DNA of 55,764 nt from Patescibacteria group bacterium (GCA_041650335.1 JBAZLK010000003.1:1-55764); one strand, 5' to 3'. Positions 1-8,973 are shown, counted from the first letter of the stretch. Made by a program: numbers and translations. The notes: generated from the sequence alone by a model not told the origin.

Positions 1-1700
1 TGATAGTTGAGGGCGTCTTTCGGACTAATATCAAGTCCGCTCTTCGCCGCTGCTGTTGCCAGAGTAATGAGCTGTCGCGCCTTGTCAATGTCGGCTTGCG
101 TCGTTGGTGAAATACTGCCGGCTTCCTGAACGTAGGTTTGTCCGAGGGCGTAATAATAGGACGGCTCACGGCCATTGAGATCAATCGCCCGGCTGAAATT
201 CTTCTCGGCCTTTGCATAATCTCGGCTGATCAAAGCCCGGCTGCCATCGGCATAACGGAAATCACCAAGCCAGATTGTTACCGCCCCGTAGAGAAAGGCT
301 AAGCCCAAGACCACCAACAGAGAAAATGCAATCGAGCTGAAAAAACCTGAGGCAGGCGATGGCTTTGCCTCGAGAACCTGGGTTTCATCCTTTGTAAACA
401 GACTGACTCCGAGCGCCAAGAATAGCCAGAGTAGGAAAACAAGAACGAACGAGAAGGGGTAGAAAAAACTGACCACAAAAAGCCCCAGCCAGGAAAGGAT
501 GACCGTCAGGGCAATGAACCAGGTGGTATGATCGCCACGTTCTTTGACGAGCAACCGGATGGTCCGCCAGCCATGGCGCACGAACAGCCAGAGCCAAACG
601 AGCGTGACAATAATTCCGGTCGTTATGAGTATTTGCAGGAATTCGCTGGCACCCTTCAGAAAATTGAGATTCCAAATATTCGTGTTATTGAACGAGAGCG
701 GACGGTGCGTCGCAAACGCCCAAGAAAACATCTCCGGTCCGGTACCGAAGAGCGGCGCTTGCCGAAGCGTGGATTGAGCAATCGTCCAGGTCGTACCTTG
801 ACCGAGAACCACGTCGTCGGGAATCTGGATGTTTGTGACGGCGCTGACATTAACAAAGGTAAGGATTGCTGCCACGATCAGGAGAACTGTCGGCAAGATC
901 GCCCACCGTGATTCGATATCACGCGAACGGAGGGTCAAGAAAATCAGAAAAACGAAGAGCAGCCCGATCAGAACATACCAGACCATATTGATATCGATCA
1001 GAACAAGAACGACATATTCAAGAAGTCCAGCGATAATCAGGAACAGCCGCCAGCCCGGTTTCTTTGAAACAACCAGTAGACTCAAACTGGCTGTCAGGAT
1101 CACCGCCAAATAAATCCCGAGGACGACCGAAGAATTAAAGACGGGATTAAAGGTAATTGCCTTCGTCGCTTCGGAGCCGAAAATATACACCTGCAACATT
1201 TGAAGGAAACTGATCAGGGCGACGAGGCCGCCGGCAACCAGTGTTGTCTTGAGAATTTTCAGGATGTCTTTGATTGCCCGAAAATTATTTACTACCAGAA
1301 AATAGAACAAGACCAGGAACAGCACCACCACAACGCTGTGATGGTAATAATTGGCTGTACCGACTACGCTGGTATACCAGTTCTTTGAAAAAAGCGTTAC
1401 CAAAATATACAGAAGGCCAAAGATCACCACCGGTATATCCAAGGCGGTCCGGCGGAATCGGAAACCTTTTCGGAAAACAATCTTGCCGAGCCAGGCCAGG
1501 ACACCGATCAGCGTCAGCAGGCTGAACAAGAGCGTTTTATTTAGATCGAAAACCGTCCGGGTTGTCGTCAAAAAGAAGAGCGGCACGAGCAAGACCGCCA
1601 GATAGACCGCCCCTCGGATAATAAAGTCAAAAATGGAATTCGCGTCCTTGTGAAACAGACCCGAGAGAGAAAACCGGCTGCGCTGTTGGATGATGTCCAT
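1..1700 (-). CDS. Polytopic membrane protein, O-antigen ligase (Wzy_C)-like with C-terminal TPR-like region; 3' end runs off the window
   Basis: Not in the supplied ORF track because there is no stop inside the window. My own reverse-complement translation from ATG at 1700..1698 stays open for 566 codons to base 3. It begins MDIIQQRSRFSLSGLFHKDANSIFDFIIRGAVYLAVLLVPLFFLTTT and has many hydrophobic helices. It contains RQAPLFGTGPEMFSWAF (typical flank of Wzy_C-type proteins), then TPR-like DYAKAEKNFSRAIDLNGREPSYYYALGQTYVQEA. Confidence 0.55.
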   Translation of the reverse strand, partial: MDIIQQRSRFSLSGLFHKDANSIFDFIIRGAVYLAVLLVPLFFLTTTRTVFDLNKTLLFSLLTLIGVLAWLGKIVFRKGFRFRRTALDIPVVIFGLLYILVTLFSKNWYTSVVGTANYYHHSVVVVLFLVLFYFLVVNNFRAIKDILKILKTTLVAGGLVALISFLQMLQVYIFGSEATKAITFNPVFNSSVVLGIYLAVILTASLSLLVVSKKPGWRLFLIIAGLLEYVVLVLIDINMVWYVLIGLLFVFLIFLTLRSRDIESRWAILPTVLLIVAAILTFVNVSAVTNIQIPDDVVLGQGTTWTIAQSTLRQAPLFGTGPEMFSWAFATHRPLSFNNTNIWNLNFLKGASEFLQILITTGIIVTLVWLWLFVRHGWRTIRLLVKERGDHTTWFIALTVILSWLGLFVVSFFYPFSFVLVFLLWLFLALGVSLFTKDETQVLEAKPSPASGFFSSIAFSLLVVLGLAFLYGAVTIWLGDFRYADGSRALISRDYAKAEKNFSRAIDLNGREPSYYYALGQTYVQEAGSISPTTQADIDKARQLITLATAAAKSGLDISPKDALNY

Positions 1701-1714
1701 ACGTGCGTATAAAA

Positions 1715-2572
1715 TTATGAAGTAAGTTTATTGATTAAGGCTCGGAGTTCTTCGTCGGAGTAAAACTCGACACGAATCGCGCCGCGGCCTTTGCGTTTAC
1801 TAATTTTTACCTTGGTTCCGAGAACACCGGCAAGCCTCGCCTCATACTCGGCCACTTGCGGATCACCGCCCAGAGAGCGTCGGTGCGTCCGGACGGTCAC
1901 TTGTCGGATCTGTTGTTCAACATCACGAACAGTGAGTTTTCCCGCCACAATCCGCTGAAAATACTTGAGCTGTTCGGCCGGCGTCGGTAAACTTAAAAGG
2001 GCTTTCGCGTGACCCTCCGAAATCCTGCCATCCATTATAGCCCGTTTGATGTCATCAGGCAAATGTAAAAATCGAAGGGTATTTGCCACCTGGCTCCGGC
2101 TTTGGCCGATCTTTTTCGCAACCTCGTCCTGCGTCAGGCTGAATTCTTCAATGAGCTGGGAATACGCCCGCGCCCGGTCGATCGCGTTCAGATCTTCGCG
2201 CTGGATATTCTCAATCAAGGCGAGCTCGAGCTTCTCCACTTCTTCCGACGGCCGGGCAATGACGGGAACGGTCTTTAATCCGAGATACTTCGCGGCTTGA
2301 AACCGGCGCTCGCCAGCGATAAGTTGATACCCGTTCCGGACCGGCGTCACGAGAAGCGGTTGCAGGATGCCGTGGACCTTGATCGAGTTCATCAGATCCT
2401 CCAAGTCATGACGGTCTATTTTTGAGCGCGGCTGACGCGGGTTCGCGGTAATTTTATCCAAGGGTATTTCTAATACTTCCTTTTTCGAGCCGGTGGAATC
2501 GGCGGCGGCCGAACTGACCGAGGTCGGAATAAGTGAGCCTAAACCGCGACCAAGACCTTGATAGCTACTCAT
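1715..2572 (-). CDS. parB: Chromosome partitioning protein ParB/Spo0J
   Basis: 285 aa. ParB box LIAGERRFQAAKYLGLKTVPVI; HTH SLTQDEVAKKIGQSRSQVANTLRFLHLP. Overlaps the parA stop by 8 nt. Confidence 0.9.
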   Translation of the reverse strand: MSSYQGLGRGLGSLIPTSVSSAAADSTGSKKEVLEIPLDKITANPRQPRSKIDRHDLEDLMNSIKVHGILQPLLVTPVRNGYQLIAGERRFQAAKYLGLKTVPVIARPSEEVEKLELALIENIQREDLNAIDRARAYSQLIEEFSLTQDEVAKKIGQSRSQVANTLRFLHLPDDIKRAIMDGRISEGHAKALLSLPTPAEQLKYFQRIVAGKLTVRDVEQQIRQVTVRTHRRSLGGDPQVAEYEARLAGVLGTKVKISKRKGRGAIRVEFYSDEELRALINKLTS

Positions 2573-3362
2573 GTTTGGTATTGTTAGTTAATGGAAATTC
2601 CGTTTCAATAACCTCGCGGCCAAGACGTTCATAGGCCCGGGCCGCCCGTGACGAGGCGGCGTAATCGCGGATCGGCTTCCCGTGACTGGGCGCTTCGGCC
2701 AGTTTAATGTTCCGCGGGATGACGGTTCTGAAAATCCGGTGAGGAAAATATTTGTAGAGTTCATCCATCACTGCTTGGGTCAGGCGGTACCGCGGATCAT
2801 ACATCGTCATGACCGCGCCCAAGACAGCCAGTTCCGGTTTGAGATTTTTTTTGACCAGGTCGATGGTTTGGAGCAGCTGGCTTAAGCCTTCGAGGGCGTA
2901 GTATTCGCACTGGACTGGGATCAGTACCTCCTGGGAAGCCACCAGCCCATTCACCGTCAAGAGGCCGAGCGAGGGCGGACTGTCGATAATGATATAATCA
3001 TAGTCAGAAGTGATCTCCCGAAGGTTGTCGTGGAGCAAAAATTCCCGCCGCGGCAGATTCACGAGCTCAACCGTTGCTCCGGCCAGCGAGATCGTAGCCG
3101 GCGCGACGTTCAAACCGTATAAATGGGTATCATGAATGACTTCGCGCACCGACATCGGCGAGACAAGTACCTCATAAATGCCCTTCTCGAGCTCGCGGTG
3201 GTTGAAGCCAAGACCGCTCGTGGCGTTGGCCTGCGGGTCAATGTCAATAAGCAGCACATATTTTCCAAGCGCCGCGAGCGAGGCGCCGAGATTTATGGCC
3301 GTTGTCGTTTTTCCTACGCCCCCCTTCTGATTGACGACTGAAATTATCCGGGACATATTCAA
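2565..3362 (-). CDS. parA: ParA/Soj family partition ATPase
   Basis: 265 aa. Deviant Walker A VNQKGGVGKTTTAINLGASLA; IIIDSPPSLG; typical ParA length and position upstream of parB. Confidence 0.9.
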   Translation of the reverse strand: MNMSRIISVVNQKGGVGKTTTAINLGASLAALGKYVLLIDIDPQANATSGLGFNHRELEKGIYEVLVSPMSVREVIHDTHLYGLNVAPATISLAGATVELVNLPRREFLLHDNLREITSDYDYIIIDSPPSLGLLTVNGLVASQEVLIPVQCEYYALEGLSQLLQTIDLVKKNLKPELAVLGAVMTMYDPRYRLTQAVMDELYKYFPHRIFRTVIPRNIKLAEAPSHGKPIRDYAASSRAARAYERLGREVIETEFPLTNNTKHE

Positions 3363-3387
3363 AAAAGATGGTTAGGTAACTGCCGTT

Positions 3388-3416
3388 AGTATACAAGAAA
3401 ATCAAATATTTTTCAA
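3388..3416 (-). promoter_or_regulatory. Sigma70-type promoter upstream of parAB
   Basis: On the minus strand: TTGAAA (3416..3411), 17-nt spacer, TATACT (3393..3388), about 25 nt upstream of the parA ATG. Confidence 0.45.
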
Positions 3417-3491
3417 TGCTCGAATGTCGGTCAATCCCGCCTGGGATGAAATTGACAAAGCGGCGGTATTTCCGTACCATTATTGGCGTGC

Positions 3492-3578
3492 GCCGGAGTG
3501 GCGGAACTGGCATACGCGCGCGACTCAAAATCGCGTTCCCGCAAGGGATTGAGGGTTCGACTCCCTCCTCCGGCACCA
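3492..3578 (+). tRNA. tRNA-Leu (anticodon CAA), long variable arm, CCA encoded
   Basis: GCCGGAG acceptor pairs with CTCCGGC. Anticodon stem CGCGA/TCGCG with loop CTCAAAA. Variable arm TTCCCGCAAGGGATT. T arm GAGGG-TTCGACT-CCCTC. Ends ACCA. Confidence 0.9.
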
Positions 3579-3651
3579 GCTGGCCTGGACAAAAATACGG
3601 AAATAACTGGAATATAAAAAAACCGGATGCGTGTCCGCGTTTTTTTATTCC

Positions 3652-5400
3652 TTATGCTTCTGAAGTGGCGCTTTGTTGTCGCCAGAGGGCTGCGTACAGT
3701 CCGCCACTGTTCAGCAACGTCTGATGATTTCCCTGTTCAATAATTTTTCCTTTTTCCAGGACATAAATCCGGTCCGCCCGTGCAATCGTTGAGAGCCGAT
3801 GCGCGACGAGCACGGTAATAAGGTTTGGCCGCGTCGCCACCACCTGATCAATCGTTTCGGTGATCGCCTGCTCGGTGATCGAATCGAGGCTGCTGGTCGC
3901 TTCATCAAAAATTATCAGGTCGGGATTGCGCAGGAGCGATCGGGCAATCGCCAGCCGCTGTTTTTCACCGCCGGATATTTTGATCCCGCCCTCGCCGATT
4001 TTCGTGTCCAGCCCCAGTCCCCCGCGCTCAAGCAATGAGCTGGCAGCCGCGGCTGCCAGCACCCGCCGGCATTCGTCGTCTGACGCGTGGGGATTGACGA
4101 AGAGCAGATTTTCACGGATCGTGCCGGCAAAGAGCTGCGTATCTTGCGAGACAAGACCGATCTTTCGGCGGTATGCTTCGAGATCAATATTATCGAGGCG
4201 GATGTTATTAATACAGACAAGGCCGGCCTGAGCCGCGTACAGACCGACGATGAGCTTCATGATCGTTGTCTTGCCTGAACCCGACGGCCCGACAAAGGCG
4301 ACTTTTTCGCCTGCTTGGACGCGGAAGTTTATATCGGAGATGGCCGGCCGACTGGCGCTCTGATGCTGGTAGCGCACGTGTTCGAACTCTATTGTTTGGA
4401 GCGGCCCGAGCGTCACTGCCTGAGCCGGTTTCGGCTCGGGTTTCATTATGAGGACGGCTTCGAGAATTTCCACGCTCGCGCGCGCCTCTTGATATTGCGT
4501 CGCGACTTGGCCGAAATCGGCCAAAGGCGTGAAAATAAAGAAGGAGTAGATAAACAAACTGAACAGTTGGCCGATCGTGATTTTACCGTCGAACAATAGC
4601 CAGAGCATGAGGAGTAGCAACGCGGAGCGCAAGGTATTTACCAATGTTCCCTGAATAAAACTTAAGCGCCGAATTATGCGTATTTTCCGAAGCTCGAGAC
4701 TGAGTATCTTTTCGTTGACTGCATTGAGTCGTTTTATTTCCTGATCATCCAGGCCGAGGCTCTTCACCAATTCGACATTCCGGATCGTCTCAGTGGTTGA
4801 ACCGGCCAGGTCGGCTGTTTCGCGCACAACATTCTGCTGGGCCTGTTTCACGCTGCGGCTGATGAGATAGGTAACGCCGGAGATAATCGGAATGACGAGA
4901 AAGAAAAGAAGTCCAATCGTCCAGTGGACAATGGTTGCATAGATCAAAACAAAGACAACGCCGACGGCCGCGAAAAAGACCGTGCTGATGAGACTGGTAA
5001 TCAGTGTCTGGGTATCGGTCCGGGCCTTCTGTAATTTTTGCAGAAGTTCGCCGGAACGCTGGTCTTCAAAAACCGAATACGGCAACGAGAGTGCGTGCTC
5101 GACGCTGGTGGCATACAGCCGCGTGCCGAGCCGTTGGGTGATGACGTTGGTATAATAATCCTGGAAATTCTTTGCCACCCGGGAGACGAACGCCACGCCC
5201 ATGGAGGCCAGCAGCCAAACGATAATGCCGCGGAAAAATTGACCGGCCGTGAAATGCCCGACCTGCTGGGCAAACCGGTCGATAATAATCCGGAATATTT
5301 GCGGATCCAACAACGAAAAAACTTGGTTAACCGCGGCCAGCGCCAACGCCAAAGCAAGTGTTTTCTTATACCGGCTGAGATATTTCCAGATAAATTTCAT
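3652..5400 (-). CDS. ABC transporter, fused permease/ATPase (type I exporter, MsbA/MdlB-like)
   Basis: 582 aa. N-terminal multi-TM exporter domain. NBD with Walker A GPSGSGKTT, signature ISGGEKQRLAIARSL, Walker B LIIFDEATSSLD. Confidence 0.9.
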   Translation of the reverse strand: MKFIWKYLSRYKKTLALALALAAVNQVFSLLDPQIFRIIIDRFAQQVGHFTAGQFFRGIIVWLLASMGVAFVSRVAKNFQDYYTNVITQRLGTRLYATSVEHALSLPYSVFEDQRSGELLQKLQKARTDTQTLITSLISTVFFAAVGVVFVLIYATIVHWTIGLLFFLVIPIISGVTYLISRSVKQAQQNVVRETADLAGSTTETIRNVELVKSLGLDDQEIKRLNAVNEKILSLELRKIRIIRRLSFIQGTLVNTLRSALLLLMLWLLFDGKITIGQLFSLFIYSFFIFTPLADFGQVATQYQEARASVEILEAVLIMKPEPKPAQAVTLGPLQTIEFEHVRYQHQSASRPAISDINFRVQAGEKVAFVGPSGSGKTTIMKLIVGLYAAQAGLVCINNIRLDNIDLEAYRRKIGLVSQDTQLFAGTIRENLLFVNPHASDDECRRVLAAAAASSLLERGGLGLDTKIGEGGIKISGGEKQRLAIARSLLRNPDLIIFDEATSSLDSITEQAITETIDQVVATRPNLITVLVAHRLSTIARADRIYVLEKGKIIEQGNHQTLLNSGGLYAALWRQQSATSEA

Positions 5401-5524
5401 ATTATTTTCGATATATTAGTATGAAAGATTATAGCATATTCTCGGCGGTCCTTCCAGACCGCTTGATTCTTTTGCTGAAGTAGTATAGTATACAAATGCA
5501 CTAAACAGAGTGTTTTTTCGTAAC

Positions 5525-5537
5525 GACGCGGGGTGGA
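5525..5537 (+). repeat. 13-nt direct copy of the 5' end of the downstream initiator tRNA (GACGCGGGGTGGA)
   Basis: Identical 13-mer at 5525..5537 and 5641..5653. The second copy is 2 nt of flank plus tRNA bases 1-11. Confidence 0.6.
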
Positions 5538-5642
5538 CCCGCCTTCGCTCGTACTATTGTTCGAGCTTCGGTCGGGCGAGATATCGTTTATCGACGTGAT
5601 CTTGTCGTTCGAAGCTCTGACGACAGTCAGAGCGCAGTATGA

Positions 5643-5718
5643 CGCGGGGTGGAGCAGTTGGCAGCTCGCAAGGCTCATAACCTTGAGGTCGCCGGTTCGA
5701 GTCCGGCCCCCGCACCCA
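5643..5718 (+). tRNA. tRNA-Met (CAU), initiator type
   Basis: Cloverleaf: CGCGGGG / GAGC..GCTC / CAAGG-CTCATAA-CCTTG / GCCGG-TTCGAGT-CCGGC / CCCCGCA-C-CCA. C1 opposite A72 (unpaired) and A11:U24 are initiator hallmarks. Only 2 of the usual 3 G:C pairs lie next to the anticodon loop. Confidence 0.85.
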
Positions 5719-5869
5719 TAAACGACTCGCTGACGCTCGCATTTATGGCTGGCGCCCGCATGATTCGGCGAGTCATTTATGCCCTGTATTTGTTCCGAGT
5801 CAGGTAGGCTTTGATGAACACGGTTCAGGGCTGCTTACAAAAAAACGGCTTGGGGGCACTGAGGCTTGC

Positions 5870-6184
5870 ATGATCTCGTGGCATTATGTGTATATACTTT
5901 TGAGTCAAAAAGATGCGCATTTCTACATTGGTTCATCGGATAATGTTTTTCATCGCGTACAACAGCATAATCTTGGATTAAACGTATCGACGGCACCGAG
6001 AAGACCGCTAACACTCATCTACTACGAAGCGCACCGTTCCAAAAAGGATGCATTACGAAGGGAAAACTATTTTAAAACCACCAAGGGTAAGGTAACGCTT
6101 CGGTCAATAATCAGGTCTTTTCTGAAAAGCACGGACAATGCCTCACCCCGGGTACTGCCTCTGGCGTGTACCCGAACGAAGTGA
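5870..6184 (+). CDS. GIY-YIG nuclease family protein (small stand-alone UPF0213-like)
   Basis: 104 aa. YVYILLSQKDAHFYIGSSDNVFHRVQQHN and RRENYFKTTKGK fit the GIY..YIG..R..H..E pattern. Sits between two tRNA genes. Confidence 0.8.
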   Translation: MISWHYVYILLSQKDAHFYIGSSDNVFHRVQQHNLGLNVSTAPRRPLTLIYYEAHRSKKDALRRENYFKTTKGKVTLRSIIRSFLKSTDNASPRVLPLACTRTK

Positions 6185-6193
6185 GTGGTTCAC

Positions 6194-6270
6194 GCCAGGG
6201 TAGCTCAGCTGGTTAGAGCGTGGGACTCATAAGCCCAAGGTCGAGGGTTCGAACCCCTCCCCTGGTACCA
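6194..6270 (+). tRNA. tRNA with CAU anticodon, elongator type (Met or lysidine-modified Ile2; cannot be distinguished by eye)
   Basis: GCCAGGG acceptor (G1:U72 wobble). D arm GCTC..GAGC with C11:G24. Anticodon loop CTCATAA. T arm GAGGG-TTCGAAC-CCCTC. Ends ACCA. Confidence 0.85.
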
Positions 6271-6294
6271 GGCACCATCATTAAATACTATAGA

Positions 6295-6495
6295 ATGCTG
6301 AAAAAAGTCTTAACGATCGTTCTTGGTGTTATCGGCTTTTCGACGATCGGCTACGGTTTTTTTAAACCCGATATAAAAGGCAACGATCCGATATATTTTG
6401 CCTCGTTTGTCGCAATCGTCCTGGTTACGCTCCTACAAGCCTGGCCAACAAGGAAGGTGGATAAAAAGAATAACGTCTCCTCGCTACCGCAATAA
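6295..6495 (+). CDS. Small hypothetical membrane protein (2 predicted TM helices)
   Basis: The track ORF 6220..6495 starts inside the tRNA. The first plausible start is ATG 6295 (MLKKVLTIVLGVIGFSTIGYGFF...FASFVAIVLVTLLQAW). No recognisable family. Confidence 0.35.
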   Translation: MLKKVLTIVLGVIGFSTIGYGFFKPDIKGNDPIYFASFVAIVLVTLLQAWPTRKVDKKNNVSSLPQ

Positions 6496-6531
6496 TTCGA
6501 CATTCTTCTTATTATCTGTATACCCTAATAC

Positions 6532-7065
6532 ATGTTTCTCACTACTCACGCCGCCGCGGGCGTTCTGATTAGCCAGCGTTTTGAGTCGCCGGTGGTCGTT
6601 TTTTTTGTCTCAATCGTCGTCCATTTTATCATGGACTTCATTCCCCACGGCGATGAAATGCTCTACCAGGAATGGGACGAAAGGAAGCGCCGTCGGGCAA
6701 TACTGCTGGGGCTTATCGATTTTCTGCTGGTCATCGTAATGATCGGCGTGCTTTACAAGACCACTGAACTACCGCGCTTTGCCCTGGTTTCGGCCGGTCT
6801 CGCCGGTTCGCTGCTGCCTGATCTTGTCTCCCATGTTTTCCCATGGATTCATCAAAAATTCCGCGAAGTATTTATTTTCCGCTCGCTCGGCTTTTTAAAG
6901 AAGAAAATATTCCTACTCCACCCCCTGATGGAACGGCACAATATCCTGCATGACAAGTTTCATCAATTTTTCGATCAGTTCTTGGATTACCGGATCTCGC
7001 CGGCTGCCGGTTTGGCGATCCAGGTGCTTATCGTCGTCGTGTTTTTGATCTCTGAATTCCGTTAA
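6532..7065 (+). CDS. Membrane protein, possibly DUF457/YdjM-like membrane-bound metal-dependent hydrolase (paralog 1)
   Basis: 177 aa. MFLTTHAAAGVLISQ, HFIMDFIPHGDE, LLPDLVSH, several TM helices. The family call is tentative. Confidence 0.5.
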   Translation: MFLTTHAAAGVLISQRFESPVVVFFVSIVVHFIMDFIPHGDEMLYQEWDERKRRRAILLGLIDFLLVIVMIGVLYKTTELPRFALVSAGLAGSLLPDLVSHVFPWIHQKFREVFIFRSLGFLKKKIFLLHPLMERHNILHDKFHQFFDQFLDYRISPAAGLAIQVLIVVVFLISEFR

Positions 7066-7066
7066 C

Positions 7067-7576
7067 ATGTTTCTCACTGTTCACGCTTCAGCCGGTCTAT
7101 TCATCGGTCAAACACTCCACCAGCCCGTCTGGTCGTTTTTTTGTGCGCTCGGCTCGCATTATCTGCTTGATATTATCCCGCACGGGGACGAAGGGATCGG
7201 TTGGTGGATACACGGCCGGCCGAAACGCATTTGGTGGATTGGCCTGGTCGATCTCAGCGCCGTTTTCTTGTTGGTTATGATGTTTTTTCACTTTCGATCA
7301 ACTCCAAACGTCTGGCCATTTGTCTGGGCGTTGATCGGCGCCCTCTTGCCAGACTTTCTCTCGGAAACAAATTATCAAATACGCCAGGCCAGGGCGCCCC
7401 TCCATCAATTCGCCCAGACGATTAATAAAATCCCTTTCTTTGACCGTTTCTTATATACACATAATACCTTTCATCATCGGCTCCATTGGCTGATTAAACG
7501 CCACCTGCCTTGGCGCCTGGGCATACTTTTCCAATTCCTTCTCGCCGGCGCGTTTTTCATGTTGGCGTTATTATAA
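7067..7576 (+). CDS. Membrane protein, paralog 2 of the preceding gene
   Basis: 169 aa. MFLTVHASAGLFIGQ, HYLLDIIPHGDE, LLPDFLSE are collinear with the 6532..7065 product. Starts 1 nt after its stop. Confidence 0.5.
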   Translation: MFLTVHASAGLFIGQTLHQPVWSFFCALGSHYLLDIIPHGDEGIGWWIHGRPKRIWWIGLVDLSAVFLLVMMFFHFRSTPNVWPFVWALIGALLPDFLSETNYQIRQARAPLHQFAQTINKIPFFDRFLYTHNTFHHRLHWLIKRHLPWRLGILFQFLLAGAFFMLALL

Positions 7577-7610
7577 AAAAAAGAGGGGCGAGTTCCGAAG
7601 AACCCACCCC
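7573..7610 (-). terminator. Rho-independent terminator of the GC-rich 2-gene module
   Basis: Minus strand: GGGGTGGGTTC-TTCG-GAACTCGCCCC (11-bp stem including G:U pairs, TTCG loop) followed by TCTTTTTTTT. Starts 4 nt after the stop at 7615. Confidence 0.7.
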
Positions 7611-7614
7611 TGTG

Positions 7615-8973
7615 CTACATACCTGCGAGGACCGGCTCGTTCATCACGTGAATGATGACGCGAGCCGTTCCTTTGTTGTCGAAATAGCAGCTGACCCCAT
7701 CCGTTTCGGGCTGATAGCGATTATCACCCTGGCGGACGGTGTCGTTGATGTCCAACCACAATGTCCCGCTGGCATTGACCTGGACGTAGCCGATCTGATC
7801 ACCGGGCGGAAAGGCGGGAAACCACTCCCCGCGCTGGCCGATCCGGTAGATCAATGCACCGGCCGGCGCCTCTTTGGTGTAGAACCAGTTCGGCGCCCGG
7901 AAGATCCGAGGATAGGCCAGCTGGCCCTGGTGGAGACAGCCGCGGACATCGGCCGTGTATGTCTTCGTCGAGTCATCAGTGACTTCCCGAAGCCATTCGT
8001 ACCGGGTCGAGTCCACCTGCTCGTACGCCAGGTACTGGCCTGGCCGTATCGTCAGCGCCACCGGATGCGGGCCGCGGCTCGACACTTCGAAGGCCACCAG
8101 ATACCTGGTATCGTCGAGCTTTTGCGTGAGCGGGGGCGCAATGACCGGCCCGAGAGCTTCCCCATAGAAACCCTTGACGGGCTTATGGGTCAGTGACGGG
8201 AAGCCGACCTTGAGAAGGCCGGCGCCGCTCAAACCCAGTAGGGCCAGTGCAAGCATCATCGCGGGAACTAGTCGCGTTGCCCGGTTCATACCCATGGCAA
8301 CCAGCGAAAGGATGAAGCCGAGCAAGACCATCTGGGAAGCGCTCTCGAAGCCGAGCCAACCGCTGACCGTGTGGAACAGGATCTTCAGATACAGCGGCAT
8401 GCTCGCGGTCAGTGGCGGGATCAAGACGGTACAGGCGAAGAAGATGACGGCCATCTGAATGATAGCCAGTCCCTCCTTCCCGCCCGGCAGACTCGTCACC
8501 TTCCGCTTGATCATATACCGCGCGATCAGCCAGGCGAACAGGAGCGTGAGCAGCGGAATCGCGAACTGCATGGACTTGTAGATGTTCCAGGCGGTGTCGG
8601 GGTTGAACCAGGGATAGACCCTCTTGAGCGCGGCGACAGCCGACTGGTACTGCTCCGCCTGGCGCTGGAGCGCGGCGCCGACGTTCTCGGTCACCGGGTG
8701 AGTCTTGATATAGACAATCCTGGCCCAGAGGGGCTGGTTGTCTGTGTCGATGACCGACTGGTACTTCACATACCCGGGGATCGTGCAAACCGCGACAATG
8801 ATGACAAAGAGCGGAACCACGATCCTCGTCAGCTTGGAGAGGAAGTAGTCGCCGAGCCCGATGTGCACCGGTTCGCCCGCGGTTGCCCTGGCTTTTCGTT
8901 TCTTGATCTCAACAATGCTGAAGACCACCGTCAAGATGTAGACGATGATCAGTAGCCACCAGAACCATGACAT
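7615..8973 (-). CDS. Hypothetical polytopic membrane protein with beta-rich C-terminal domain (GC-rich cassette)
   Basis: 452 aa. GGAGG 8 nt upstream of the ATG. N-terminal TM, then central TM cluster. C-terminal GEWFPAFPPGDQIGYVQVNASGTLWLDINDTVRQGDNRYQPETDG faintly recalls LecA/PA-IL-like sandwich domains (weak). Confidence 0.6.
   Translation of the reverse strand: MSWFWWLLIIVYILTVVFSIVEIKKRKARATAGEPVHIGLGDYFLSKLTRIVVPLFVIIVAVCTIPGYVKYQSVIDTDNQPLWARIVYIKTHPVTENVGAALQRQAEQYQSAVAALKRVYPWFNPDTAWNIYKSMQFAIPLLTLLFAWLIARYMIKRKVTSLPGGKEGLAIIQMAVIFFACTVLIPPLTASMPLYLKILFHTVSGWLGFESASQMVLLGFILSLVAMGMNRATRLVPAMMLALALLGLSGAGLLKVGFPSLTHKPVKGFYGEALGPVIAPPLTQKLDDTRYLVAFEVSSRGPHPVALTIRPGQYLAYEQVDSTRYEWLREVTDDSTKTYTADVRGCLHQGQLAYPRIFRAPNWFYTKEAPAGALIYRIGQRGEWFPAFPPGDQIGYVQVNASGTLWLDINDTVRQGDNRYQPETDGVSCYFDNKGTARVIIHVMNEPVLAGM

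Noticed and set aside
1-1700. No long ORF in the supplied track over 1.7 kb of coding-looking sequence. I briefly suspected an alternative genetic code (UGA recoding, as in some CPR lineages) or a pseudogene.
   Set aside because: Manual reverse-complement translation gives an uninterrupted 566-codon frame from ATG 1700 to the window edge under the standard code. The ORF is missing from the track only because it has no stop inside the window. All other genes also read through with the standard code.
7510-8955. Long overlapping ORFs in the GC-rich block: 7510..8196 (+) 228 aa, 8183..8788 (-) 201 aa, 8371..8955 (+) 194 aa.
   Set aside because: They are Arg/Pro/Gly-rich shadow frames of the 7615..8973 gene, as expected in high-GC DNA. 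They have no RBS and no protein-like hydrophobic patterning.
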